Source of the DNA: a virus
Lineage: Duplodnaviria; Caudoviricetes
Virus record (IMG/VR): IMGVR_UViG_3300046804_001768
Span: 1-58,980 of that record
Strand: one strand, 5' to 3'
Length of the DNA: 58,980 bases
In this document: in pieces, positions 1 through 9,303 of the stretch
How the letters are laid out: each line of letters opens with the position of its first letter
Position numbering within the stretch: position 1 is the stretch's first letter
The notes under the pieces: model-generated
The model's input: the letters and a program-made list of their open reading frames with translations, nothing else
Told to the model about the DNA's origin: nothing
Database searches by the model: none
Made by a program: the position numbers and the translations under genes

Positions 1-1
1 C

Positions 2-1792
2 CGAACGTAAATATGGGTGATATCCTACTTCACTTGAAATTAATTTACTATCATCCGCTTGAGGTGCGTTAGTTACTGGTCGAGGAAGTGCGGATTTAAT
101 AAACCCTATTCCGTACAATCCAAATGACTCAAGAGGTAAAACACTAGCTACGCCTTGCTGTTCGTCGTTTAATAATACATTGACGAAAAATTCCCATGAA
201 ATTAAATACCCTCCACGAGTATTAGTTTCGGCGTTATGTGTTCCTGATGCTGCTTGATTTTGATTAGTTTCTGGTTGTCTTAACGGTATTACATGTGACT
301 GCCATTTTTCCCTTAACGGTCCACTTTCAACACTTTCCATTAATTTTTTAAATGAATTCACTTTCCATGAATACGATTCATCAAAATATTCTTTAATATC
401 AAATGTTTTACAACCATCACCAATCGACGTACAAGTGGCTTTGGCACCCGTATGTATTGTGGGGACTTCAAACTGTTGAGAGGAGTTTACTGTTAGTGTT
501 ATTTCGAATGTGTTATTTTTTGTGTATTTAAAATTAAAATTAGCGACATAACCGATGAGTGCCTCATAGTTACCATAATTTCCATACACCGTTTGATCTA
601 TAAATTTTTTCTGTTCTGCTGGGTCTGTAATAAGTTTTACAATTTCTGCAGAAATAACGTCTTTATCCCGATTCCAGTTAAAAGGAGTTATACTGGATTC
701 ATTATCACTACTTGATACTCTTCCGAATTCAAGCAATACGTTTGTAGATTGTCGTAAAAAGTACGTAAGTAACGCATTCACTTGACCAATTGAATGTGCT
801 AATATCGTTATGTTTGCTTTAAACAATCCACCACGAACCCCCATTGGTCCAGATATACTACGTTCTGTAGTTACACTCGTAATACCAGGTACTGGAATAT
901 TATTCGCGTCGGTTTCAGGATTCTGCACCAGTACTGGAACTCTAATAAATCTTCCATCCTTTTTTGTTGTAGCATATGCTACAATACTATTATTTCCTTG
1001 TGGAAAATAAATGTTATTAAATGTTTCATTAGATTGTCCGTGTATACCTAATGTGGGACACCATGCTTCCGTTACTCCATCCAAATTTTCCTTATCGACT
1101 TTTAATAATGATGTCAATTTAATGAACGGCATGTGACTATTGGCCGTTTCCGTCGCTAATTGTCTACGATTCAATTCATATTGAATGTTAGGATGGAATG
1201 ATTCAAACGAAGCTAGGTGGGGAGACATACCACCCACAGAAGGCGACGGTGATGGTATAGTTGCTTGTGCTAATGCAGCGACCGCGGCACGGCGGTCAAC
1301 GGCAATTAAATATTCAGTAGGGTCTATAGGAGTATCAGGAACTCTAAACGTATCTCCTGGAGCATCAGGACCTCTATTAACTCGCTTAAGTATAAAATGT
1401 AAATGTGGACCATATGTTCGTCCTGTCATCCCCACTCTACCAATTAGTTGTCCGGCCGTTACTGACGAACCTTCTCGAAGATTAAATTCTGCTGTAGAAT
1501 TTTCTCTCATATGACAATATGTGGTAGTATACTGTGGAGGGCGGCCATATCTTAAGGTGTTCCCCACATTAATTTCGTTGTGTAGTAACACAATCCCGGT
1601 ACCACATCTACCATCGTTTACTATCCGATGCACAACACCATCGCTTACGGCCAATAACGGAGTACCTTCTGCTCCCCGAATATCTACCGCGTTGTGAGGT
1701 TCTTCCGCATCATTTAAAGACCGTTGCCCAAATGGACTGGTAATTACTAATCGAGATGTTGCTATAGGTAAAGAATCAAAACGTATCGTCAT
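2..1792 (-). CDS. Baseplate hub-like virion protein with N-terminal M23 peptidase (partial, runs off the window start)
   Basis: Not in the ORF track because there is no stop in the window. Manual translation from the ATG at 1792 gives MTIRFDSLPIATSRLVITSPFGQR...HNAVDIRG...YCHM...GQLIGRVGMTGRTYGPHLHF, which has the M23 HxxxD and HxH motifs. The same frame is open at the window start, and the gene follows a LysM/gpX-like baseplate gene. Confidence 0.8.
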   Translation of the reverse strand, partial: MTIRFDSLPIATSRLVITSPFGQRSLNDAEEPHNAVDIRGAEGTPLLAVSDGVVHRIVNDGRCGTGIVLLHNEINVGNTLRYGRPPQYTTTYCHMRENSTAEFNLREGSSVTAGQLIGRVGMTGRTYGPHLHFILKRVNRGPDAPGDTFRVPDTPIDPTEYLIAVDRRAAVAALAQATIPSPSPSVGGMSPHLASFESFHPNIQYELNRRQLATETANSHMPFIKLTSLLKVDKENLDGVTEAWCPTLGIHGQSNETFNNIYFPQGNNSIVAYATTKKDGRFIRVPVLVQNPETDANNIPVPGITSVTTERSISGPMGVRGGLFKANITILAHSIGQVNALLTYFLRQSTNVLLEFGRVSSSDNESSITPFNWNRDKDVISAEIVKLITDPAEQKKFIDQTVYGNYGNYEALIGYVANFNFKYTKNNTFEITLTVNSSQQFEVPTIHTGAKATCTSIGDGCKTFDIKEYFDESYSWKVNSFKKLMESVESGPLREKWQSHVIPLRQPETNQNQAASGTHNAETNTRGGYLISWEFFVNVLLNDEQQGVASVLPLESFGLYGIGFIKSALPRPVTNAPQADDSKLISSEVGYHPYLRS

Positions 1793-2046
1793 AGATTAGG
1801 TATAAATAACTTGGTTCCGGCAGGTATCGCTATCGTACCGTTTGCTAAATTATTTGCTTTAGCAAGTACCCACCAATTGTTTGGAGTATCGTAAAATAAT
1901 GATGAGATAGTGTCTAACCTATCTCCTTCTTGCGTCACATAATAGTATGGAATATCTTCCGATGGAATCGGTGTAACAATATCAGTTTTATAATATGGAA
2001 CGTCTTTTGTTGTATCTACTTGAAGAGGAATAATATATCTGTCCAT
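1789..2046 (-). CDS. LysM/gpX-like baseplate protein
   Basis: YVTQEGDRLDTISSLFYDTPNNWWVLAKAN...IPAGTKLFIP is a LysM-like motif, and the gene sits in the baseplate position. Confidence 0.8.
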   Translation of the reverse strand: MDRYIIPLQVDTTKDVPYYKTDIVTPIPSEDIPYYYVTQEGDRLDTISSLFYDTPNNWWVLAKANNLANGTIAIPAGTKLFIPNL

Positions 2047-2049
2047 GCT

Positions 2050-3729
2050 TTATCTCCCAAGTAAACCTGTGTTATTTTGATTTTGTTTTGAAGAAAGTTC
2101 TTCGGTAATTTTATAGAATGGACTATTGTAGAACTTAGTACGCTTTTCAAGTAATATCAAGTTCATTCTTACATTGATAACTTGTGACACTTGTTTATCA
2201 ATATCAAATGTTATGCTTTGGTCAAGCATATCATAATCTAACGAATCTATATAACACGGTTGTAAATCATAAATTTTACCAGCCGTAAGTTTAAATAATG
2301 GTGGTGCCATAAATCCACTACGAGATGCCCCGACTGGAAATGCTAATCCTGTTAGGTAATTTACGCGAGTCCACATATCGTCTATTTCGTTGGTAGAGAA
2401 CGCAACAATATTAAATTCTAATGATACACTACGTTTCACCCCACCGTAGGTAACAAATCGTTCCGTGCGTCCAACATATCGTTGGTCTGAGAATTCCGGC
2501 TTTACTGTTTCTTTAATCGATGAAATAAATGCTCTAAACTGGATTGATTCTTTATCTGGAATACTAAAGAAAAAATTGATAATGTCCGGGTCTGTTCCTG
2601 CGATACTTTCATAATTAATTTTATTAGTAGCATCAACTGCTAAGTTTTTTCCGATTCCTTGATTTAATGTGTCGTATAATTTACTGACCGACCCTTCGCC
2701 GATTACAGGCTGTCCATTATTATACGACACAACTGTATCCGGCTGTGTTGCCCAGTCCGATAATGAGTTACCACCAAAATATTTCGTGTTCAATCTATCA
2801 GATGTATTTCGTAATTGTTTTTGCTTAAAATCCTTTGCTGCTTCAATAAATGAAGTCAACGGTGGTTGTTGAATAGCAGGAATAGACGTGCGTACAATTT
2901 TTCCTGCTTTGGATAGTGTATTTAATATACGTTGCTTACTAAATGTCTTTGCTATATTCCGTGGACTAAACGCGTTTCTTATATTATTAATGCTTGCTAA
3001 ACTCCTAATATTGATTACCGTTTGTCTAGCTAAACTTTGTGTGACTTTTTGAGTAATCGAATTAATAGAGAGTACCGCTGAAGTGTTTTTACTTGCTCTA
3101 GTACTAAGTGCCGGTGGAACATTGATTCGAGGATTATAATCTACAACCGGATTACCGAATACCACGAATTCTGGTCTAGAGGTGTTATATACTTGATTTG
3201 TGACATTTGAGATTGCTGCATTTGCTCTTCTGGTAAGTTCTCCACGAGCGAGGTCACGTAGCGTTACTAAAGTATTTGTAATAGATGAAAATCCAGATGA
3301 AGCTGGGAGAATAGTAGCTTTACTATAACCCGCCAAAGTACCATTCTGTAGTAATCCAGTAGTACGTTGAATAAATGCATCTGTAGAAATAAATCGTTTA
3401 GCATGAACACCTGGCACAGTATTCAATAATGGAGACACTGGATTATAAATTTTCGTGTTTGCAAACGTATTAGCAGATTGTAATAATGCTTGTTTTGCGG
3501 TGAATAGTACTCCATCACCTGATGTTAAAAATTTACTAACACGGGTATAGTCTCTACTAACCGATACTCCAAGAGGAAATAAACGGATATCGTCTTTAAT
3601 ACGAGTACGTGTTGCATCGGTGTCTGGCTTGACCGAGACAAACGGTTGATTACTATTTGGTGTTTGGGGAGTAAATCGACCGTAGATTTCCTTAGACGAT
3701 GCGTTAAAAAGTTCTGCCAAAGTTGCCAT
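2050..3729 (-). CDS. Putative baseplate/tail tube initiator protein
   Basis: The C-terminal region FRAFISSIKE...YVGRTERFVTYGGVKRSVSLEF...PPLFKLTAG resembles tube-initiator proteins. It lies between the tape measure and LysM genes. Confidence 0.6.
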   Translation of the reverse strand: MATLAELFNASSKEIYGRFTPQTPNSNQPFVSVKPDTDATRTRIKDDIRLFPLGVSVSRDYTRVSKFLTSGDGVLFTAKQALLQSANTFANTKIYNPVSPLLNTVPGVHAKRFISTDAFIQRTTGLLQNGTLAGYSKATILPASSGFSSITNTLVTLRDLARGELTRRANAAISNVTNQVYNTSRPEFVVFGNPVVDYNPRINVPPALSTRASKNTSAVLSINSITQKVTQSLARQTVINIRSLASINNIRNAFSPRNIAKTFSKQRILNTLSKAGKIVRTSIPAIQQPPLTSFIEAAKDFKQKQLRNTSDRLNTKYFGGNSLSDWATQPDTVVSYNNGQPVIGEGSVSKLYDTLNQGIGKNLAVDATNKINYESIAGTDPDIINFFFSIPDKESIQFRAFISSIKETVKPEFSDQRYVGRTERFVTYGGVKRSVSLEFNIVAFSTNEIDDMWTRVNYLTGLAFPVGASRSGFMAPPLFKLTAGKIYDLQPCYIDSLDYDMLDQSITFDIDKQVSQVINVRMNLILLEKRTKFYNSPFYKITEELSSKQNQNNTGLLGR

Positions 3730-3731
3730 AC

Positions 3732-5150
3732 TTATGCTCTCTCATTACGTGAGTATACACCAACCAAACTCATACGAGGAACCGTTTTTTGTGTACCATT
3801 AATATTAATAGTTGTAGTTGCACTGTTGACCGTATCAATAAATCTATCAATCTTACTCATTAATGCGGAGTTGTCCGCCATTTGTACAGACCCCCGTGGC
3901 ATCAAATTAGTACCTGCGATAACAGTATCATTATTATTTAATGCGATGTTTCCTTTTGGAGTGACAAGTGTTCTATCTCCGTATGATGACACTACGTCAT
4001 TTCCAAGTATAGTTGCGGTGGCTAGTCCGGCTTGAGGGCCAAAGACAGACCCAACCAAGATGGACGCTATCCCTACGCCTACTTTTTTAGCTACATCTAC
4101 CGCTAAACTACCACCAGGAACACTTTGTACATCTTGAATACCTCTAGTTGCAGCTAATATTGCTTTAACGAATAAATCAATCGGACCATCAGGTTTAGCT
4201 GATTCAGCGAGTCGTTGTTCGAATGTGTCAATACCACCTTGCTTTAATAAATCTTCTACCTTAACTCCTGGTAATTGTTCTGTTAATGCACGGAAACTTG
4301 AACTGGTTTTTAGTAATGCATCTGGTATATTTTGGTCCAAGTATCTGAATGCTGCTTCTGGTCCTTCTAATTCAGATATTCTAACGAATGTACTAAAATC
4401 AATGCTTGCACCTAACTGATCTAATTGATTAATAGTGTCTAATGTACCTTCTAAATTAGTAACAACTCCTTGCTGTACTGACCGATATTGTTCTAAACTT
4501 ACTCCAATTCGGTCTAGATTAATCGATGACTTTGCAGCACTCAGACCAAATATTAATAAAGAAGGAATATTTCTACTTAAAACTTTATCTAATTGTGCAC
4601 CAGAAAATCCGGCGCGACCTGTAGCAATTTTAAATTGCTCTAGCTGTTCTGAGGTGGTTAATCCTAATATTCCAAAGTTTTTTAATGTATTCGATGTAAG
4701 TGTGAATTCTGACCCAAAAATCTTTTTTAATTCAGAAGCGAATTCTGCAGAAGCTTCTGCACTTACAGTCATTCCAGCGGGGAAATTAACGAACGCGTCT
4801 GATGTTGCGGCATATACTGCTTTAATTTGTTCTGAGGTGGCCGCAATATTAGCTCCTAACGTGAAATATTGTTGGGCCGCATTAGTTCTTGCTGCAAGTT
4901 CCAGTTCAACACCTCGTACTGCATTCACACCTAACTTCGTTGATAATAATAATGCAGAATTACCCAACTCTGCCAAAGACACTCCAAATTTTTTTAAAGC
5001 TTCTGCTGCAAACTTCTGATTTTTTGATGTTTCTGCCGAAGTACCCGCTCCGCCTGGTTTAGTAGCAGCCTCCGTGTTTTTATTTAGCGCATTAATTAAC
5101 TCATCAACTTTACTATTAAATGATCGAAAATCAACGGTCGGGTCTGCCAT
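3732..5150 (-). CDS. Putative tape measure protein
   Basis: 472 aa, Ala/Gly/Leu-rich and helical, directly downstream of the tail chaperone pair. Confidence 0.55.
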   Translation of the reverse strand: MADPTVDFRSFNSKVDELINALNKNTEAATKPGGAGTSAETSKNQKFAAEALKKFGVSLAELGNSALLLSTKLGVNAVRGVELELAARTNAAQQYFTLGANIAATSEQIKAVYAATSDAFVNFPAGMTVSAEASAEFASELKKIFGSEFTLTSNTLKNFGILGLTTSEQLEQFKIATGRAGFSGAQLDKVLSRNIPSLLIFGLSAAKSSINLDRIGVSLEQYRSVQQGVVTNLEGTLDTINQLDQLGASIDFSTFVRISELEGPEAAFRYLDQNIPDALLKTSSSFRALTEQLPGVKVEDLLKQGGIDTFEQRLAESAKPDGPIDLFVKAILAATRGIQDVQSVPGGSLAVDVAKKVGVGIASILVGSVFGPQAGLATATILGNDVVSSYGDRTLVTPKGNIALNNNDTVIAGTNLMPRGSVQMADNSALMSKIDRFIDTVNSATTTININGTQKTVPRMSLVGVYSRNERA

Positions 5151-5152
5151 AG

Positions 5153-5362
5153 TTATCTCTTATTGGATTTTGGTCGAGATTTTGGTTTTGATGCTTCCGC
5201 TTCCTGCGTTTTAGCATCTTCCAATTGTTTTGTGTAAAAGGTTCGTAAATAGACCGGCATATTATAGACATCTTGGAATGTAAACGCACCATTACTATAA
5301 TATGACAACATAAACAACAATTTGTGAACTTCTACTTTATGCTCGGAGGTCAGGCCAAAAAA
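5153..5362 (-). CDS. Tail assembly chaperone second ORF (gp51/GT-like), probably expressed as a frameshift extension
   Basis: FFGLTSEHK...FTFQDVYNMPVYLRTFY overlaps the end of the upstream gene in the +1 frame across a T7 run, with no strong start or RBS of its own. Confidence 0.65.
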   Translation of the reverse strand, partial: FFGLTSEHKVEVHKLLFMLSYYSNGAFTFQDVYNMPVYLRTFYTKQLEDAKTQEAEASKPKSRPKSNKR

Positions 5363-6089
5363 AGCTTGCCCCAAAGGGCATCCTCGCTTTGACTGAAGTT
5401 TCACACAACGTGCATGTAACGGTTAAATCAAAATTCACATCAGGTGTAACCTTTTTCACTTCTTCACGAAATGCTCGTAAATCTCGAATAATCATAGACT
5501 CCGAAAATTCCCGAATGACTTTCTTATCCCGATTACCGTTGACCGCAGTAATCATATAACTTAATCTAGTCGGTGTATCTCCTTGTACGGTATTATCTAT
5601 TTTCTTTATTGCTTCAACTTCTTGTTCGATAGCTTTTTCATCCTTTCGTGTCAACAATCGAAATGATACTTGGATTCCTGTTGGGAGGTTGACTGTAAAT
5701 TCTCCGTTATTTGAATTTACCTCTGGGTTGGTCGTATCCAACTTCGTTAAATCTATCGTATAATCAAATCGTTTCCCACACGAATTACATGGTAATTGAA
5801 CTTCGTAATCTTTACCATATGCTAAGATACGAGAAGCGACCATTACCGCATTCAAGTCACCTGCTAACAAATCTTCAGGTTTGACGCCCTTTGTAACAAT
5901 TAAACTTTCCAACAACTTGTCTAATACCGTCCCCTTTTGGATAAGGTTGGTTGAGGTCAAAATATCTTCTTCTTTAGCGGTCATGTACTTGACATCAACT
6001 TTACCACTCCGTAACGGACTCCCTTCTGGATAGAGCTTCCCACCACTTGGGAGGTCTATCGTTTCTGTTGGGAAATTGTATTCTGCCAT
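5337..6089 (-). CDS. Baseplate hub assembly / tail assembly chaperone (T4 gp26-like)
   Basis: IDLPSGG..Y...VKYMTAKEEDIL...R..AYGKDY with two CxxC motifs, and an AAGGAG RBS. Confidence 0.75.
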   Translation of the reverse strand: MAEYNFPTETIDLPSGGKLYPEGSPLRSGKVDVKYMTAKEEDILTSTNLIQKGTVLDKLLESLIVTKGVKPEDLLAGDLNAVMVASRILAYGKDYEVQLPCNSCGKRFDYTIDLTKLDTTNPEVNSNNGEFTVNLPTGIQVSFRLLTRKDEKAIEQEVEAIKKIDNTVQGDTPTRLSYMITAVNGNRDKKVIREFSESMIIRDLRAFREEVKKVTPDVNFDLTVTCTLCETSVKARMPFGASFFWPDLRA

Positions 6090-6123
6090 AATAACTCCTT
6101 AAACTATTTGGTTTTACCACCTA

Positions 6124-6131
6124 TATAAATA
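6124..6131 (-). promoter_or_regulatory. Putative late promoter motif TATTTATA
   Basis: About 35 bp upstream of the gp26-like gene; the motif recurs before many genes. Confidence 0.6.
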
Positions 6132-8021
6132 TTAATCTTCTATATTTTGAGTGGAAATATCCTCTTTATATACCATATTAATTTTCTTCACAAATTCCTT
6201 AAAATACGACTTCGAACGTTCAGGAGTGACCAACGCCCCGTCCACCACAAGGTCAGCCACCTGCTGTTTCTCTTTGAGGATATCCCGCATATATTCGTCA
6301 ATCGTATCCGCACATAACATATAATAGACCTGAACCTGACTCTTTTGACCGATACGGTGGGTGCGGTCTTCAGCTTGTTCGTGATTTGCGGGTACCCAAT
6401 CGCAATTGAGGAATACGACCGTATCTATCTGTTTCTGCAATCCGTCAATACCCATACCTGCCGCCATCAAACTAAATAGACCCACTTTAGCTTCCCCACT
6501 GGTCAATCGGTCAATGGATTTCTGACGTTCCTTACTGTTCATTTCACCTGTCAGTATAGCCGACTTCTCCCCATAGTGTTCACCGAGGAACTTCAATGGA
6601 GCGAGGTAGTTACTGAAAATAAGAATAGGTTTATCGTTGTCCAAGAATTCATCAATCATTTCTACCAATCGTGGCATTTTCTTTTCAATAAGGAACCCTT
6701 GGAGTTTTGGCATATGACCGATAGAAGGTTTTTCTACCTTCCACTTCCCGAATACTTCTCTGAGTAATTCCTTATATTGTTTCTGCTCGTCCTTCGTCAA
6801 TTCTACATACAGGTCATTTCTCTGTTTGGCAGGAAGTTCAGTTAAGATTTGTTCCTTCTTTCTACGGATGACCAAATCTTTTGTACGGTCGTGGAGGTCT
6901 TGGAGGTTACGAGGAGCATCACCCTTCCATCCCCCGTACCGTTGGGTAAAATGGAAGAAGTTGTTGAAACGTTCTTTATCGAGAAAGTTCAACAAAGCGA
7001 ACGCTTCGATGGGACGGGACATTACTGGTGTACCCGTAAGAAACAGACAATATTTGGTTTTGATACCCGGATACTTTCGTCGTTCCTTATATGACCCCAG
7101 AATACTCTTTGCTCGAATCGTTTGTCTATTTTTCAGATAGGTAGCTTCGTCACAGACTAGCAAATCAAATTCCTGCTTCCGTAAATCTGCTGCGACCTTC
7201 GCAACGGCATCATAATGAACGATATGGAACTGATTATTCAACTTTCCATAATAGTGTTTACTATCCCACACAGTAGAATCTTTTCCAGTAAACTTCTTGA
7301 TTTCACGTTGCCAGTTGACCACCACAGAGAGTGGACAGACGATAATAGTTTTAAGATTCTTGTGTTGTGCAAATCCGATTGCTTGTGCAGTTTTACCCAA
7401 TCCAGGAGCATCCGCAATCAAACACCTACCCTCTGCTCGTTCCACAAACTTGACACCCACTTTCTGATAGGGATAAAGTTGAAGTTGCATCCCCTTAATA
7501 TCAAATTCCACATCTTCTTTGACCCGAATCTCGTCCAAATCCTCTCTGCGGTCCCTTAGTTTACTCAGTAGACTAAGTACTTTGTCATCACAGATAATAT
7601 TTTCTTCCCCAAAGACTTTGAATACCTTGGGTAAATGCACAGCGGGAAATTCCCACGTTTTGTTTTCCCCATTCCATTTCCGTCCATCGACTTCGTACTT
7701 GAAGCGTTCCATCAAGGATGGGTTATATGGCATAGAAACAGCCCCCGTCTTATTATTTAAGAGGGTGACTGTGACTTGAACAGAGGTAGAAGTTTGTGGT
7801 TTGGGTGTGCTGACTTGGGTAGTCTTAGCAATCTTTAAATGAGAGATATCTTCTCCAGCTAACACAAGTTTCGCTGCTTCTTGCCATACTGGCGGAATCC
7901 CGACAGTCGTACTCATCCACGTGAGATACGACTGATTAGTGTAATAGATACGGGAGAGCGAATATCCTTTAAACTTGCCCCACGTAAGTATTGCTTGGTC
8001 AGCTGACGGATGGAGTATCAT
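6132..8021 (-). CDS. SNF2-family (SMARCAL1/HARP-like) helicase
   Basis: Motifs LYPYQ, ADAPGLGKT, DEA, LTGTP and QAEDRTHRIGQ. The N-terminus has a WGKFKG..SYLTW domain and a HARP-like YNPSLMERFK..GRKW...KTWEFP region. Confidence 0.9.
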   Translation of the reverse strand: MILHPSADQAILTWGKFKGYSLSRIYYTNQSYLTWMSTTVGIPPVWQEAAKLVLAGEDISHLKIAKTTQVSTPKPQTSTSVQVTVTLLNNKTGAVSMPYNPSLMERFKYEVDGRKWNGENKTWEFPAVHLPKVFKVFGEENIICDDKVLSLLSKLRDRREDLDEIRVKEDVEFDIKGMQLQLYPYQKVGVKFVERAEGRCLIADAPGLGKTAQAIGFAQHKNLKTIIVCPLSVVVNWQREIKKFTGKDSTVWDSKHYYGKLNNQFHIVHYDAVAKVAADLRKQEFDLLVCDEATYLKNRQTIRAKSILGSYKERRKYPGIKTKYCLFLTGTPVMSRPIEAFALLNFLDKERFNNFFHFTQRYGGWKGDAPRNLQDLHDRTKDLVIRRKKEQILTELPAKQRNDLYVELTKDEQKQYKELLREVFGKWKVEKPSIGHMPKLQGFLIEKKMPRLVEMIDEFLDNDKPILIFSNYLAPLKFLGEHYGEKSAILTGEMNSKERQKSIDRLTSGEAKVGLFSLMAAGMGIDGLQKQIDTVVFLNCDWVPANHEQAEDRTHRIGQKSQVQVYYMLCADTIDEYMRDILKEKQQVADLVVDGALVTPERSKSYFKEFVKKINMVYKEDISTQNIED

Positions 8022-8220
8022 CTTGTTCAATCTTGACGTAAGTGTAATTGTCTACGTCTAATCGCCAGCCTTCGTTGGGGTCTAATCCCAAAATACGCAT
8101 CATTTCTTCATTAGCGACCATTACTTTACTAGTAAGGTCATTTTGATATTGCTTTAGTAATTGATTATTACTTTCAATTAATTGACGCAATGCTAATGGT
8201 ACTGGAACCGTTGTTGTCAT
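7999..8220 (-). CDS. Small hypothetical protein
   Basis: 73-aa ORF with an RBS (GCAGGT) and an upstream sigma70-like promoter; it overlaps the helicase start. Confidence 0.65.
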   Translation of the reverse strand: MTTTVPVPLALRQLIESNNQLLKQYQNDLTSKVMVANEEMMRILGLDPNEGWRLDVDNYTYVKIEQDDTPSVS

Positions 8221-8245
8221 ATTACCTGCCTTTGGTGTTTAATGA

Positions 8246-8274
8246 AATTTAAAATATAGTTTATTATTTGTCAA
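8246..8274 (-). promoter_or_regulatory. Sigma70-like promoter for the 73-aa ORF and helicase
   Basis: Minus strand reads TTGACA-17 bp-TAAATT. Confidence 0.55.
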
Positions 8275-8657
8275 GGGGTATATGACGATGGACAAATAAT
8301 CGTCGTACCCGTGCATGGAACGGGAAGTGGAATACAAACAATACTATATCCCGTTGGTGGGGTCAATGAAGGACATGCGATGTATCCAGATGGACAATCA
8401 TAATTTGCTTGACCACGGGAACCACTTGGACCTAGTGATCCTGTTGGTCCTTGTACGGTACCGACACATCCCGTAGCATCAGCTCCCCGTGACCCACTAG
8501 GTCCAATGTTACCTACCGTTGCTGCATAGAATGTAGATTGTGCAAGTACACCCGATGATGCGGTAAAACTTGAGGTAACGGATTGTTGAGCAATTGAACT
8601 GGTTAGAATAGACCCAGAGTTCGCACCAGAAATATTAAATGGAAAATAAAATGACAT
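8271..8657 (-). CDS. Mini collagen-like protein with Cys-rich C-terminus
   Basis: MSFYFPF start, GPS/GPT triplets, Cys-rich tail. Confidence 0.7.
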   Translation of the reverse strand: MSFYFPFNISGANSGSILTSSIAQQSVTSSFTASSGVLAQSTFYAATVGNIGPSGSRGADATGCVGTVQGPTGSLGPSGSRGQANYDCPSGYIACPSLTPPTGYSIVCIPLPVPCTGTTIICPSSYTP

Positions 8658-8660
8658 ATG

Positions 8661-9056
8661 TTATGCGCAGTTCGAGTTAGTGCCACCACATGCAATATAA
8701 TCTACACACGATAAATTTCCGACACAGTTGTTATCGTATGTATATAAATCTACACCCACACAATATGTGTCAAACGGAGTACAGCACGTTGCGGTTGTTA
8801 AACTCCCCGTATAACTTCCATATCCCCGAGGACCAGTTGGACCCGTTGGACCCGTTACTCCTTGGGGACCGGTGACCGTTTGGTTTGAACCGGCTGGACC
8901 TTGTGGACCTTGATATGCGATATCAGCTGATAATGCAAGAGATGCACTAGGAATAGGTCTGGCTGGATTGAATAGAAATGATGCGGATACTGCAAGACTT
9001 GCACTTTCCAAATATGATACTAAGTTTGCTGCTCCACCGTGCGGATAAAATCTCAT
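8661..9056 (-). CDS. Mini collagen-like protein with Cys-rich C-terminus
   Basis: MRFYPHG start, GPQ/GPT triplets, Cys-rich tail. Confidence 0.7.
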   Translation of the reverse strand: MRFYPHGGAANLVSYLESASLAVSASFLFNPARPIPSASLALSADIAYQGPQGPAGSNQTVTGPQGVTGPTGPTGPRGYGSYTGSLTTATCCTPFDTYCVGVDLYTYDNNCVGNLSCVDYIACGGTNSNCA

Positions 9057-9059
9057 ACA

Positions 9060-9302
9060 TTATGCTCCAGGTCTACCGATTTCACCAATCGGTCCTTGAC
9101 TTCCAGATGGTCCTTGTGGACCTTGACTGCCTGATTGTTGAACACAAACCCCAGACGGACCTTGTGACCCACTTGGTCCTTGAACTGCATATGAAGCAGA
9201 CATAGCCGTGATATAATGTTGGGTATCATTTGTATATGCGGCGAATGATGCGGTAGCTGGAAAATACGTTTGTGACCCAGACCCAAATGGATAGTATCTC
9301 AT
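9060..9302 (-). CDS. Mini collagen-like protein
   Basis: MRYYPFG start and GPS/GSQ/GPQ triplets; its N-terminus is paralogous to the two neighbours. Confidence 0.7.
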   Translation of the reverse strand: MRYYPFGSGSQTYFPATASFAAYTNDTQHYITAMSASYAVQGPSGSQGPSGVCVQQSGSQGPQGPSGSQGPIGEIGRPGA

Positions 9303-9303
9303 A

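Noticed and set aside
810-1514. Plus-strand ORFs at 810-1010 and 1185-1514
   Set aside because: They overlap the minus-strand M23/baseplate gene, which has clear motifs.
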